Positions 30,829-42,364 of a stretch of DNA of 51,847 bases are shown here, in pieces (position 1 is the stretch's first letter; each line of letters starts with the position of its first letter). The stretch comes from Macrostomum lignano (Eukaryota), in NCBI GenBank assembly GCA_002269645.1, contig NIVC01004283.1, positions 1 through 51,847 on the forward strand. Reading direction: 5' to 3'. The notes beneath the pieces are model-generated. The model worked only from the letters and a program-made list of their open reading frames with translations. It ran no database searches and was not told the DNA's origin. The position numbers and the translations under genes are program-made.

Positions 30829-32590
30829 AAGTATCCCGGGGCACGAATGCTCCGCCCAACTGCGATTGAAGATGTCGAGCCAGCGAGCTAAGAACTGTTC
30901 GGGCATGTTCTTAAGGAACCGTACCTCAATACCGTCGACGCCACCTTTTTTGTCTGCAACCATCTGGTCCAGTGCGACTTTGAGTTCTTCGCGGATGAAC
31001 GGGGTGCGGAATTCAGCGCCCTCGTTGTACGTCTTAAGTTTCTTGGCCACCTCAACTCTTAACGCCCGCTCTTCTTTACCCAGCTGGACTTTGCTGTTTG
31101 ATGCATACAAATTAATGAAGACCGCCGCTTTTTCCTTATCCGTTCTGGCTTCTCGACCTTCGTTAACCACGATTTCGTTTGGGACGCAGTCCTCCTTAAC
31201 CGCGTGCAGGGTCTTGATCAGCCTACATGTGCTTTTGCCGTCATTTCCTTCTTGCAGTTTGCTTACGTGCTCTCTCCAAAAGGCGGTACGTTTCTCTTTG
31301 ATGAGGTTGTTTAGGGTTTCGTTTGCACTGTGCCAATGTGCTCTATACTATCCGTGCTTTCTCTATTTTCCATGGCACGTAAGGCCTGGGCCTCCAAAAG
31401 TTGTTCATCCCAGAATGGCAAATGGCATAAATGAGCTCCTGCGCCTCGCGCTGATCTTGATGGCTTTGCTCAGCCGTGGCACCCGTGAAGCAGCGTGAAG
31501 ATTGAAGTCACCCAGGATAAGTTCCCGGCGATCGGGGCTCATCCAGTCCCACACGCTGTCTCTGTCTCTATCGTCTTCCCCTTCCACCGTCCTTATCGGG
31601 GGCGGTAAACGTTGGTGATCACAAGGCGCTCTTTTTCGCGTGCTTAATATTGTGCTTAATCAGAGTAATAAAGCCGCCCCCTCTAGCTTTCTCACTGCGG
31701 CGGATCTCTCTGCGGTCTTTGCGGACCGTCGTGTACCCTCTAATACGGGGGGTCTCACTCGCCTCCGTAAGTTTCGACTCCTGAAGGACAGCAACGTCGA
31801 CGTCTAGACTGTGTAGAAACTCTTCCAGTTCCGCCCTTTTGTTGCTAACGCCGTCCGCATTCCACTGCAGGATGCGTAGAGTACTCTTGCGATCAGCAGC
31901 CCATCCGGCACTCGTTTCGCCCGTGCGGGTGTTTTGATCATCTGTGGCGGAGGCCTCCTCCGAGGTCAGTCGGATACGGTCCAGGCAGTCCGTGCAGGAC
32001 CACTGTCCGCGCCTAACTTCGCCTTCGATGGATGCTCTGCTAGCGCCCGAACATTTGTTGTGGAACAGCCCGTGGCACTCCTTACAGCGCACGATGACCT
32101 TAGTGATTTTCAGCTTATCCTTGCATCCTTTAAAAGAGCAGGAGTCACCGTTTCGAATGGCTTTTGCGTCTCTTTCCCAGCTGGCGCGCTCCTCAGCATC
32201 GTTTTCTTCTTTCCACTGGCAGTCCAGCTGGCAGTTCGAACAACGCCAGTGGAGTTTCTGTCTGGCTCTCTCCTGCGCTGATCGGGTGAGCCCAGTGCAT
32301 GCACCATGGAAGTCCTTGTTGCATTCTTGGCATTTGATTGGCCTGTGGCCCGACGTAATCACTTTACTGCAACGCCCACAGCGTCCGGGATTCCTTTCGA
32401 CGTCCATGGCAATCGGTACTATCTCAGTTGCTCTCCATCCTATACGCTCATCTATCACGCGATTTGGTATTTCCTCCTCCGCCTCTCCTCTCCAACGAAG
32501 GTGTTCCGAGTTCGTCCAGTTGTTCGAGTCTCCGTCCCAAGAGGGGCTGGCGCCCACTCGCCGCGAAGAGGCTACTGGACAATAGAGTGG
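30829..32590 (-). mobile_element. Second Ingi-like LINE, internally deleted and 3'-truncated (degenerate 2A, PHD fingers, partial APE and RT)
   Basis: AMDVERNPGR; C-x2-C...H..C PHD pairs; ILQWNADG..QESKL; LGDFN; TPF..EEL...DGIE..FLK...FNRSW...CPG, then breaks off. Confidence 0.88.
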
Positions 32591-32646
32591 GTGTTGTTGT
32601 TGTTGTTGTTGTTGTTGTTGTAGTAGTTGTTGTTGTTGCTGCTGTT

Positions 32647-32679
<33 letters not shown>

Positions 32680-32705
32680 CTTAGTGGTGTTGGTGTTGTT
32701 CTTGT
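32590..32705 (-). repeat. (CAA)n microsatellite at the 5' side of the second LINE
   Basis: Imperfect (TTG)n on + strand. Confidence 0.93.
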
Positions 32706-35700
32706 TGTACTCTGCCCCCCCCTTTCTCGGCACGTTGATTTTAACTCCTGTGTACATTGCATCATAGATGTACACTTACTCTAGAGCAATCGATTACAGA
32801 GCTTTGAGCTCAAATATATCATCGCACCCCACGCCCAAGTCGGGGCCGTAAGCTTTTGGTTCATCTAAACTTCTGTCTCTCGCGTCAGTCACTACACTGG
32901 CGTCGCAAGCTAAGCTATGTCTACTGAAAACAGTGGCCAGACACGTAACGTTGTTCAACTGCAACTGCCTTCACCTGAGCCATTCAACGTCAACCAAGAA
33001 GCACACGCACTGTCATCACGGTGGGAAGATTGGTCGTCGCGCTTTCTGTGCTTCATCCACGCCTCCGGAGTCAAGGATCCGGCCCAGCAGAGACAAGTCC
33101 TGCTCTACACAGGCGGGAGGGAGCTGGCCGAGCTATACAAACAGCTGACTAACAACGGAAACACCGTCGAAGAACTCATCAAGGCTTTCAAGGACACTTC
33201 ACAGGCCGCAGGTGCGTGGTGTTCTCAAGATACGAGTTCCGAAACTGCACGCAGCAACCAGGCCAGAGCATCGACGCATGGGTCAGTCAGCTATACAAGG
33301 CCGCGGAAAGCTGCGACTTCGACAATTTGCGCGACTCCCTCATCCGCGACCAGATTGTCGCCGGATGCAACACCGAGCAACTCAGAAGACGGCTACTGCA
33401 GACCGCCAACATCAACTTGCAGGATGCACTTCAGCTGTGCCGAGCCTTCGAAGCCGCTAGCTACCAGTCAGCGGCCATAGAGTCACGCCGCGACGAGACA
33501 GTCAACTCAATGAGGCGCACCAGAGGTGAGCAACAAGACGGACCATCGTACAAGCCTGGCAGCAAGTCCAAGTGCTACCGATGCGGAGAAACCGGACACC
33601 GTAGCTGCGACGCGGCCAAAGGCAAAACATGCAACATCTGTAAAAAGGTGGGCCACCTGGCGAAGGCCTGTATGTCTAAGGGCAACTCCAGAGACCGCGT
33701 GCACACCATTGGCGGTCAGCATCAACACCCGGAAGAATCCAGCAAGTCACCAAGCGACGAAGGGGAGGTCTTCTGCCTGATTGCGAATAAGCTGCCGCTG
33801 ATGAGCATCTCTATCAACGGTAAGCGGGTCGAGGCGCTCATCGATAGTGGCGCCAGCTGCAATGTCATCGACCAGGCGACTTTTCAAGATCTCAAAACAG
33901 CCAAAACGCCACTGCTTCGATCAGTACGGCAGCTGTACCCGTTCGGCTCGAAGACACCACTGGCGACCGCCGGCAGAGCTGAGCTCCTTGTCAAAATCAG
34001 CGGTCTCGAGGAAGTAGTGGACTTCACAGTAGTGCAAGACCCGGGCGTCACCATTCTCGGAAGGGCAACGAGCGAGAAGTTCAGAGTACTACGAGTGGGT
34101 CCGGCGCCGGAAACTCGCATCAACAGCATCGGGAGTGCCGACAAGGCAAAGGCAATGGAGTCCTCGAGTCCGGAGGCCAACTCAGCTAACCTTCCAGCAA
34201 ACCTCCAGCTTGATAACATCCTCAAAAAGCACCGGGCGCTCTTCCAAGGAGTTGGCTGCGTCAAGGACGTCGAAGTGAGCATCCGACTCAAGGACAACGC
34301 TATCCCAGTGTGCCACCCGCCTAGCCGAGTGCCAATCCACCTACGAGACGCAGCCATCAAAGAGCTCGACGCCCAGCTCAGCGAAGGCATCATCGAGCGA
34401 GTATCTGAGCCTTCCGAATGGGTCGCTAGAATGGTAGTGGTACCAAAAAGCACTCCGAACCAGGTGCGAATCACCCAAGACCTTCGAGACCTCAATCAAT
34501 ACGTAGTGCCGGAGAAGCAGCCGATTCCGACCTATGAAGAGGTCACAGACGAAATGGCCGGTTCACACTTCTTCTCGGAGCTAGACATCAATAAAGCCTT
34601 TCACCAAATCAAGGTCGATCAGGAGTCACGCAAGTTTCTGACCTTCTCGACACCACTGGGCTTAATGAGGCTCACGCGCCTCTGTATGGGTTTCACGTCG
34701 GCTTCAGAAATTCTACAGCGTGTGATGTCTACAGTACTCAGCGGCCTGCCAGGAGTGAGATGGGTGCACGACGACATCATTGTGTATGCCCGGGACATTC
34801 AGGAGCACAACAGTCGCCTAGCTAGCTGCCTTCAGCGTCTTCAGGGACACGGCCTGACTCTCAACCCGTCCAAGTGCAAATTTGCGGTGCCGGAGGTCAA
34901 CTTCCTGGCCATGCGACTGTCGGCAAAAGGGATCCAGCCAGCTGAAGCCAAGGTGTCGGCGATCAAAAGCTTCAAAGAGCCAACGAACGCCTCGGAAGTC
35001 CGCTCCTTCCTCGGTCTGGTTACGTTTGTCAGTCGCTTCATGCCAGGCCTGGCGGACATGACGAAGCCGTTGCGGGACCTGACCAAGAAGAGTGCAAGCT
35101 GGCAGTGGGGCGAGCAGCAGGCCAAGGCTTTTCAAGAAGTCCGAGATCGCATCGCAGTCGACAGCCCACTGGTCTTCTTCGACAAGCACCGGCATACCGA
35201 ACTCGTTGTCGACGCCAGCCCCATCGGACTCGGCGCCATTCTTTGCCAGATTCAGTCCGACGGCTCATCCAAGCCGGTTGCATTCGCAAGCAGAGCCCTA
35301 TCGGCAGTCGAGTCGAGGTACTCACAGACGGAACGGGAGGCTCTCGCAATCAAGTTCGGCTGCCTGAAATTTCGACACTATCTCAGCGGCGCCGCCAACT
35401 TTACTGTCGTCACCGACCACAAGCCGCTGACCATCATGCTCAAGCCCGGCTCGCGCCCACCTCCACGCATCGAGCGCATGGCGCTCAGCATCCAGGACAT
35501 GCAGTTCAGCGTCATCTATCGGCCAGGCCCCTTCAACCCGAGCGACATCCTCAGCCGGCAGCCAGAGCCCGCTCCGACATCGATCAACATCGGCGAGATC
35601 CTAGACACAAACTTCATCGGCAGCATCGCGCAAGCGGCGACGCCAAGAGGCCTGTCCCTGCAGCAAGTCCGGGAAGCCACGGCCCGTGATGCCATTCTAT

Positions 35701-36821
35701 CGACTGTGCTGTCATCATTGAGAACAGGCAATTGGGATCTGCGGGACGACAGCATCCGACGACTGCACGCCGCCAGGCACGAGTTGACCGAGGCTTCTGG
35801 TGTTCTGCTGCGAGACCAAAGATTGGTAATCCCAAAAGCCCAGCGGCCCGTTGTCCTGCAGCTGGCTCATCAAGGACATCAAGGCGAGACCAAAACACTG
35901 CGCCGACTCAACTCCAAGGTCTGGTGGCCCGGAATGTCAGCTGAGGCCAAGCAACTGGTGGCACAGTGCCTGGAATGTGCGGCCACCAACCATCAAGCGG
36001 AAGTTTCGGCAGCCCCACTGCAACCGACTGAGCTGCCAGAGTCTGCCTGGTCCACTATCGGCATCGACTTTCTTGGACCTGCCAACGGTCGACATTTCCT
36101 GGTGATCATAGAGCACTACTCGCGCTACCCCATCGTCGTGGTGATGAAGTCGATCACAGCTGACCGCACCACCAGACAGTTACAGCAGGTCTTCGCGACC
36201 CTCGGGATTCCCCAGCAAATCGTGACGGACAACGGTCCGACATTCACATCAGAAGCCTTCAGGAGTTTCGTCACAAGCCACGGAATCAGCCACCGGCGCA
36301 TCACACCGTACCATCCCGAGGCCATTGGCATTACCGAGCGAATCAACAGGTCCCTGAACAAGCTGCTCCGCATCTTCAACGCCCAAGGAACCGACTGGAG
36401 GACGGCATTGCAGGAGTGGCTCGCCGCGTACCGCAGCACTCCGCACACGGCCACAGGAGTCGCCCCAGCCGACCTGATGTTCGGGAGACCAGTCCAAGAC
36501 TGCATTCCAGGAGTCAAGCCGCAGGCTGCAGCAAAGACGGTCAGGAACAGAGACCGTCAGTACAAAGCCGCCATGAAGCACTACGCCGACGCGACAAGAT
36601 CAGCCGCAGAGCATCGCATCCAAGCTGGCGATAAAGTCCTCCGCAGAAAAATCCAGCCATCGAAAACGGACACGCCATTTGAAATTCAGCCTTGGACAGT
36701 CACGGAGGTCAAAGGCGATTCTGTCATCCTGGAGAGCACGGGCGGCAGCAACTGCATGCGCCACGCCAGCGACGTTAAGCGACTGCCAGAGCGGCCAACA
36801 GGAGACGGACCAGACGAGACC
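32704..36821 (+). mobile_element. Ty3/Gypsy element A: short 5' LTR (~32704..32896), PBS at 32898, gag-pol; 3' end missing
   Basis: ...cactaca then TGGCGTCGC PBS; no 3' LTR, and the ORF runs into FReD-derived sequence at 36822. Confidence 0.85.
32917..36821 (+). CDS. Gag-Pol polyprotein of Gypsy A (one frameshift near 33195)
   Basis: Two CCHC knuckles, LIDSGA protease, VHDD RT, VDAS..GLGAIL RNase H, HHCC and TDNG/ERIN integrase. Confidence 0.93.
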
Positions 36822-37113
36822 GACTCTGTCGATTCGCATTGTTAGGCTTGGGCGGGGCTTCGCACTGTTTATTATTTGATTGCTTATTTTACTGGTGCTT
36901 GTACTTTTGTTCAGTCTGAGTGTACGTATCAAGTTATTATTGTCATCGTGCTCTGTTGTGCAGTGCGGTGAGTTTTAGTCCTGGGTTGGGGGGTTGTCGC
37001 GGGTTCGTGCTTTATCGTTGATAATAAATAGTTTCGCACGGAGCATTGGCTCAGAGCTATCGTTTTCTCGTCTCATAGCAATTGCTCGCCTTAGCTTGTC
37101 ATTTCTAACATTT

Positions 37114-37132
37114 TGGCGTCGCGAGCAGGATC
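37114..37132 (+). promoter_or_regulatory. Primer binding site, probably tRNA-Ser
   Basis: TGGCGTCGCGAGCAGGATC; its complement ...ATCCTGCT....CGCCA resembles tRNA-Ser 3' ends (from memory). The same core occurs at 32898 and 51345..51363. Confidence 0.7.
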
Positions 37133-37138
37133 GCATGC

Positions 37139-40100
37139 ATGTCTATCAAGCTACGAGACCCACTGCCACTGGAAAGCGTTGAAGAGCTGCGGGCATGGGT
37201 CGAAGTCTTCGATGCTCAAGCGAGGTCAAAAGGAGTGCAGGACACCGACGGCAACTTGGCACTGACAGACGCTTTTCTGGGCTGTCTGGGCGTGGCTCAG
37301 CTAATCAAAGTGAAGCAGCTGGTGGCACCGAGCCAGCTTTCTAAGATGAAGTGGGCCGACATCAAAGCGTGCCTGATTCGATTTCTGGAACCCCAGAAAA
37401 GGCTGCTGATTTCGGAGCGGGCGGCCTTCATGTCCATGCGCCAGGGCGAGGGTGAGAGCATCACCGGCTTCGCTGCCCGTCTTCGAGAACAGGCAGTGGT
37501 GTGTGAGTTCGAGAAGCTAAAGGACGAGGGTGCGAACCCAGCAGAGCAGCTGATCAAAATGCGACTGATTGCTGGCCTCAGCAATCAGGACATCAGAAGC
37601 AAAGTGCTCGAACGTGAGGTTTCGTCGGAGCTTTCGGTGGACCAGATCTCAGACTATGTGCAGCAGCTACAGATGGTGAGCACCTTCTTGACTGGGCCGC
37701 TGACTGCGTTAGGCCAGGCTCAAGTTGGTTCAGCGGTGCACCAGACGGCGCCTAGCCACGATGCGCCACGCCGGGACCTCGAAGACGCGGCCGGTGTCAA
37801 TGCGGTGGAGAAGTCGAGACCGAATGTGAGTGGAAGCCAGATCTGCCAGCGCTGCGGCCAGAAGTCTCATCGCAAGCCAACTGACTGCTGGGCGCTGAAA
37901 GCCACCTGTCGCCAGTGCGGAAAACTCGGACACTTCGCCCGAGTCTGCAGGAGCGCCAAAACTCACTTCGCCGCAGAAAAAGCAATGTCTGCAGATTCTA
38001 CCAGTTATGAGCCCGTCTTCTACTGCGGTGAGGGCACCCCGGCTGCTTTCTGCATGGTCAAGATCAACGGCAAGCAGGTGAAGATGGAGAAGGATAGCGG
38101 TGCGGCGTGCTCGCTGATATCAAGAAAGATCTGGGAAGATCTTGGCAGACCGCCACTGAAATCGGCGAAGTCCCGGATGCTGGCCTACGACGGTCATGTG
38201 ATGAAGCAGCTCGGCATCCTGGAGTGCCTGGTGGAGACTGACGGCACGGACGGTCGCTTCATTGCCGCTGAGTTGCCTGTCATCGACTGCCAGCAAAAGT
38301 TTGGACTGCTAGGCCGGGATTTGCTCAACTCGCTGCCAGCTCACCATTCTGATGAGGCCAAGGCACCCAGCAGCAACAGGTATGAGAGCTTACTGGGTAT
38401 TAAGGGAGCAGTCGGAGAGATTCGGTTGAAGACAGGAGCCGGGCCGATCTTCCAGCCAGCCAGAGAGCTGCCATTGGCGCTGCGTCCGTTAGTAAAAAAG
38501 GAGCTGGACTTGATGGAGAAGGCGGGAATAGTCGAGAGAGTGACATCGTCGGAGTGGGGCAGCCCGATTGTGGTGACGGTGAAGTCAGACAAGGCGTCAG
38601 TGAGGATTTGCGGAGACTACACAGCAGTCAATCAGTGGGTGCAGGATCAGACATACCTGACTCCATCAATAGAGACAGCGTTTTCCAAGATGGCCAACAA
38701 GAAGCTGTTTTGCCGTCTTGACCTTTCTGATGCCTATTATCAAATACCGCTGGACAGTGAGTCTAAAGACATCACCACCATCAACACTCCATTTGGCTGT
38801 TATCGCTTCAATAGGCTGCCGTACGGCATCAAAGTCTCTCCGTCTGTGTTCCAGCGTGAGATGGAGAAGCTGCTAGGCGAACATCCAGGTGTCATTGTGT
38901 ACCAAGATGACGTCCTCATGGGCGCGGTGACGAAGGCAGAGCTGGAGAACATTCGCACAGGAATACTCGACAAGCTGAGAGCGGCAAATGTTAAAGTCAA
39001 TGAAGCAAAGTGCATCATGGAAGCACCCAGTTTGAAGTTTCTTGGCCACATAATAGATGAGGAAGGAATCAAGCCAGATCCTGGCATGGTTCAGCGGATT
39101 CAGGATGTGGAAGCTCCAAAGAACAAGAAGGACCTCGAGCGGTTTCTGGGACTGGCCCAGTTCTACGGTCGGTTGGTCCCCAATTTTGCTGAGAAGTGCC
39201 GGCCTTTGCAGGAACTTCGCCGGGCGGACCGGGTGTTCGAGTGGAGTTCTGTGGCCGAAGCCGCGTTTGCCTGTGTGAAGCAGAGCCTAAGTTCGAATCC
39301 GTGCGTGAAACCATTTGATGTCAGCTCTCCTGTCTGTCTCCGCGTGGATGCTAGTGAGCAGTCATTGGGTGCTGTTCTGGTGCAGTTAGGTCATCCGGTT
39401 ATGTACCTGTCACGTGCTCTGACGAAGTCTGAAGCAAATTACTCGAACATTGAGAGAGAGGCCCTTGCAATTGTTTGGGCAGTGGAGAGAGCTCGCAAGA
39501 TGCTGCTAGGCAAGAGGTTTACTCTCCAGACCGACCATGAGCCGCTAAAGTATATTTTCAATCCGAGCAAAAACCTTCCCAAAACGGTGTCAGCAAGACT
39601 AATGCGCTGGGCTTTGAGACTGTCGGCTTTCGATTACGTGGTCGAGTACGTGCCTGGGAGGCTGATGACGGATGCTGATGCTTTGTCACGTTTGAGCTTT
39701 GCCGAGAAAGATGCACAGAATGATTTAATTCACCAGCTGGAGTCTGAGGTCGTCACTGAAGGGGCTCTGGTGACCTTGCAAGAGCTACGTGAAGGAACTC
39801 GGAGGTGTTCGCTGTTGACACGGCTCCGGCAGAGAATCAGAACCGGCAGGTGGGGCCAGGTGTCGCAGGTGGAGAGACCGTACAAGGCGTGTCGTGAGGC
39901 TCTGTCAGTCGAAGATGGCCTGGTGATCCATGGAACCAGAATTGTGCCGCCACCCATTCTCCGCAGGCGCATCCTGGAGGCGGCCCATGACGAAGTACAC
40001 CCGAGTGCTGACAACACCAAGGCGCACATCTCCAAGGAATTCTGGTGGCCTGGCCTGGATCGCGAGGTGCGGACTTTTGTGGAGCGCTGTCCGCAGTGCT

Positions 40101-40963
40101 CAGAAACTCGACCGGTGCTTCAGCGGAAAATCGACATCTGGCCAGCCGAGAGTGAGCCATGGGCGCGAGTTCACATGGACCACTGTGAGATCTCTGGTAT
40201 TGGGCTGCTCCTGCTGTTGTCCGACTCCTATTCAGGGTGGCCTGAGGCGATTCAGGTGCCTGATCGATCTGCAGAAAGTGTACTGCGTGTTCTAAGAGCG
40301 GTTTTTGCGAGGAATGGAGTGCCTCAGACGCTGGTGTCGGACAATGCGCCGGAGTTTAAGTCGGAGAAGGTCTCGCAGTGGCTGCGCAGCATTGGTTGTC
40401 GTGAACTGCACACCCCGCCGTATCATCCCGCCTCGAATGGTCAAGCTGAGAGACTGGTGCGAATCATTAAGGATGGTCTCAGAGCGTGGACTAAGGTGGT
40501 GCCGTTCGACCATTTTCTGCAAAAGCTGTTGCTGACGATAAGGACCAGCCGGCCAAGCGGCAATCGCGCAGCCTCTCCAGACATCCTCATGTGGGGCCGT
40601 CGGCTTCGACACCCGCTGACAATGTCGGAGCAAGCTGGCGATCCAATCTGGCTGAGGATGCGACCTGGAACTCCTCCGGTGCCAGCCAAGTTCATGGTGC
40701 AGCACGGCCTGAACACGGCGCTGGTCACTCCGGCCAATCAGCCTGGCGGTGGCCTGCGGCTGGCGCACTCAAATCAGTGGACCGGCCGGCCGGACTCTCC
40801 TAAGCGGCTTGAGACACCTGAACCCGATGGTGCGCTGACTGACCCGGTGGTTGCCGTGGAAGACGACCCGCGGCTCGACCTGGAGCGTCAGGAGCCCGGA
40901 AACATTTGCCACCGGGAGCCGTACGAGTTTCGCCCTCGGCAGCCTGTTTGCTACAAGGACTGA
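37139..40963 (+). CDS. Intact single-ORF Gag-Pol (1274 aa) of Gypsy B
   Basis: CCHC x2, KDSGA protease, YQDD RT, VDAS RNase H, HHCC and SDN/AERLV integrase; no stops. Confidence 0.97.
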   Translation: MSIKLRDPLPLESVEELRAWVEVFDAQARSKGVQDTDGNLALTDAFLGCLGVAQLIKVKQLVAPSQLSKMKWADIKACLIRFLEPQKRLLISERAAFMSMRQGEGESITGFAARLREQAVVCEFEKLKDEGANPAEQLIKMRLIAGLSNQDIRSKVLEREVSSELSVDQISDYVQQLQMVSTFLTGPLTALGQAQVGSAVHQTAPSHDAPRRDLEDAAGVNAVEKSRPNVSGSQICQRCGQKSHRKPTDCWALKATCRQCGKLGHFARVCRSAKTHFAAEKAMSADSTSYEPVFYCGEGTPAAFCMVKINGKQVKMEKDSGAACSLISRKIWEDLGRPPLKSAKSRMLAYDGHVMKQLGILECLVETDGTDGRFIAAELPVIDCQQKFGLLGRDLLNSLPAHHSDEAKAPSSNRYESLLGIKGAVGEIRLKTGAGPIFQPARELPLALRPLVKKELDLMEKAGIVERVTSSEWGSPIVVTVKSDKASVRICGDYTAVNQWVQDQTYLTPSIETAFSKMANKKLFCRLDLSDAYYQIPLDSESKDITTINTPFGCYRFNRLPYGIKVSPSVFQREMEKLLGEHPGVIVYQDDVLMGAVTKAELENIRTGILDKLRAANVKVNEAKCIMEAPSLKFLGHIIDEEGIKPDPGMVQRIQDVEAPKNKKDLERFLGLAQFYGRLVPNFAEKCRPLQELRRADRVFEWSSVAEAAFACVKQSLSSNPCVKPFDVSSPVCLRVDASEQSLGAVLVQLGHPVMYLSRALTKSEANYSNIEREALAIVWAVERARKMLLGKRFTLQTDHEPLKYIFNPSKNLPKTVSARLMRWALRLSAFDYVVEYVPGRLMTDADALSRLSFAEKDAQNDLIHQLESEVVTEGALVTLQELREGTRRCSLLTRLRQRIRTGRWGQVSQVERPYKACREALSVEDGLVIHGTRIVPPPILRRRILEAAHDEVHPSADNTKAHISKEFWWPGLDREVRTFVERCPQCSETRPVLQRKIDIWPAESEPWARVHMDHCEISGIGLLLLLSDSYSGWPEAIQVPDRSAESVLRVLRAVFARNGVPQTLVSDNAPEFKSEKVSQWLRSIGCRELHTPPYHPASNGQAERLVRIIKDGLRAWTKVVPFDHFLQKLLLTIRTSRPSGNRAASPDILMWGRRLRHPLTMSEQAGDPIWLRMRPGTPPVPAKFMVQHGLNTALVTPANQPGGGLRLAHSNQWTGRPDSPKRLETPEPDGALTDPVVAVEDDPRLDLERQEPGNICHREPYEFRPRQPVCYKD

Positions 40964-41303
40964 TGAGTGAAATTGACTGTGGGGATTTCAAGTGACTGTC
41001 TTTGAATTTTGTTTGCTTTTTGTGGGGAGCAGTGTTAGGCTTGGGCGGGGCTTCGCACTGTTTATTATTTGATTGCTTATTTTACTGGTGCTTGTACTTT
41101 TTTTCAGTCTGAGTGTACGTATCAAGTTATTATTGTCATCGTGCTCTGTTGTGCAGTGCGGTGAGTTTTAGTCCTGGGTTGGGGGGTTGTCGCGGGTTCG
41201 TGCTTTATCGTTGATAATAAATAGTTTCGCACGGAGCATTGGCTCAGAGCTATCGTTTTCTCGTCTCATAGCAATTGCTCGCCTTAGCTTGTCATTTCTA
41301 ACA

Positions 41304-42364
41304 CGCATCGATCCCAATACGCTCCGATCGCGCAAGGGCTCGTCGAAGAAAGTCGGCCGCGTGTCGATCATCGGGCTGAATGTGAAGGCGGACCAAGGCT
41401 TGTCCAGCCGACAGTCCGGGCTTTCCGTGATGGCGAAGGTGAAAAACTCGGGCAGGAGGGCCGACCTCGTCTTCCTGTGCAGCTCGTTCCGCAGGTGCAA
41501 GCATCTCAGAAACGAGCTCGTGAGCAACCCGTCGAACATCGGCCAGGCGCTGCATTTCGAAGCTCTCGGCAGAGTCGGCAGCATTCCGGTGAGGTTCGGC
41601 TTCAGGAGCAGCGCCAACCTGCCGAGGCTGAGCTGCAACCGGCACCGCTGGATCGTGTTCCAGAGGCGGGTCGACGGCAGCCTCTCGTTCGCTCAGAACT
41701 GGGACTCCTATGTGAAGGGATTCGGAAATCCCAGCTCCAACTACTGGATGGGTGAGTTGAGCAGAAGCGGAGATAAAGAGCATCAGTTTCCTGGTGAAAG
41801 TAGCATCCAGTCCTTTTTTATAAAATTGCAAACTTGCTTTTTACAGTTTCGAAGTAGGAGCTAATTGCAAAAATATTTAACAATAAAGTAGCTCATATTC
41901 TATTTTCACCCACAGGCTTGGACCGGCTGTCCGAGATGACGAAAACTGGTGAAAAGAACGGCTACGCCCTGACTTCTCGGTGCCGGTTAAGAATCGAGGT
42001 CCAGAGCTTCAGAGGCGGGAGGTACAACGCCGAGTTCAGAATGTTCCAAGTGCTCGGTCCTGAGCAGCAGTACCGCCTGCGCGTCGGACTGCAGGTCGGC
42101 CGTTCAGAACTGGGCAACCGATTTCTGCACCACAACGGGAAGAGGTTCAGCACATTCGACAGAGATCACGACACGTCCAAGCATTCGTGCTCTCGATTGT
42201 TCGGCTACGGTGGTTGGTGGTACGGCGGGTGTCACTGGGTGAACCTGAACGGAGCCTACACCACCGACACAAAAATCACTAACGATCCAACGTACATGAG
42301 CTTCTACGTGCACGAGAAACACGTTCCAATGAGGCGCAGTCTGATGAAATTCAGGTGCTATTGA
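41304..42364 (+). pseudogene. Fibrinogen-related (FReD) gene copy 1, disrupted by Gypsy B; 5' part lost except 36822..36839; intron 41752..41915
   Basis: WIVFQRRVDGSLSF...W..Y..GFG.....YWMG|LD.L...; FSTFDRDHD...C....GGWW...C...NLNG. Near-identical to copy 2. Confidence 0.92.

Larger units (their letters stand above)
36840..41303 (+). mobile_element. Full-length, recent Ty3/Gypsy (Mag-like) element B
   Basis: 271-bp LTRs (36840..37110, 41033..41303) nearly identical (I see ~2 small differences), 5-bp TSD CGCAT, PBS 37114..37132, PPT ggggagcag before the 3' LTR. Confidence 0.97.

Noticed and set aside
32385-32415. Functional 2A in LINE 2 (AMDVERNPGR)
   Set aside because: Final Pro is Arg and the upstream Leu-rich helix is absent; treated as degenerate.
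32500-32590. HDV-like ribozyme at the 5' end of LINE 2
   Set aside because: Some resemblance (GGGCGCCAGCCCCTCTTGG) but I could not build P1, P2' and J4/2 together; possibly decayed.
24248-40768. Long antisense or alternate-frame ORFs over LINE and Gypsy genes (for example 25568..26572, 33884..34495)
   Set aside because: Expected shadow ORFs of GC-rich coding sequence; no independent motifs.
40955-40990. CTGATGAG...GAAA hammerhead-like core at the Gypsy B stop
   Set aside because: Only 2 nt between the core halves and no flanking stems; overlaps the stop codon.
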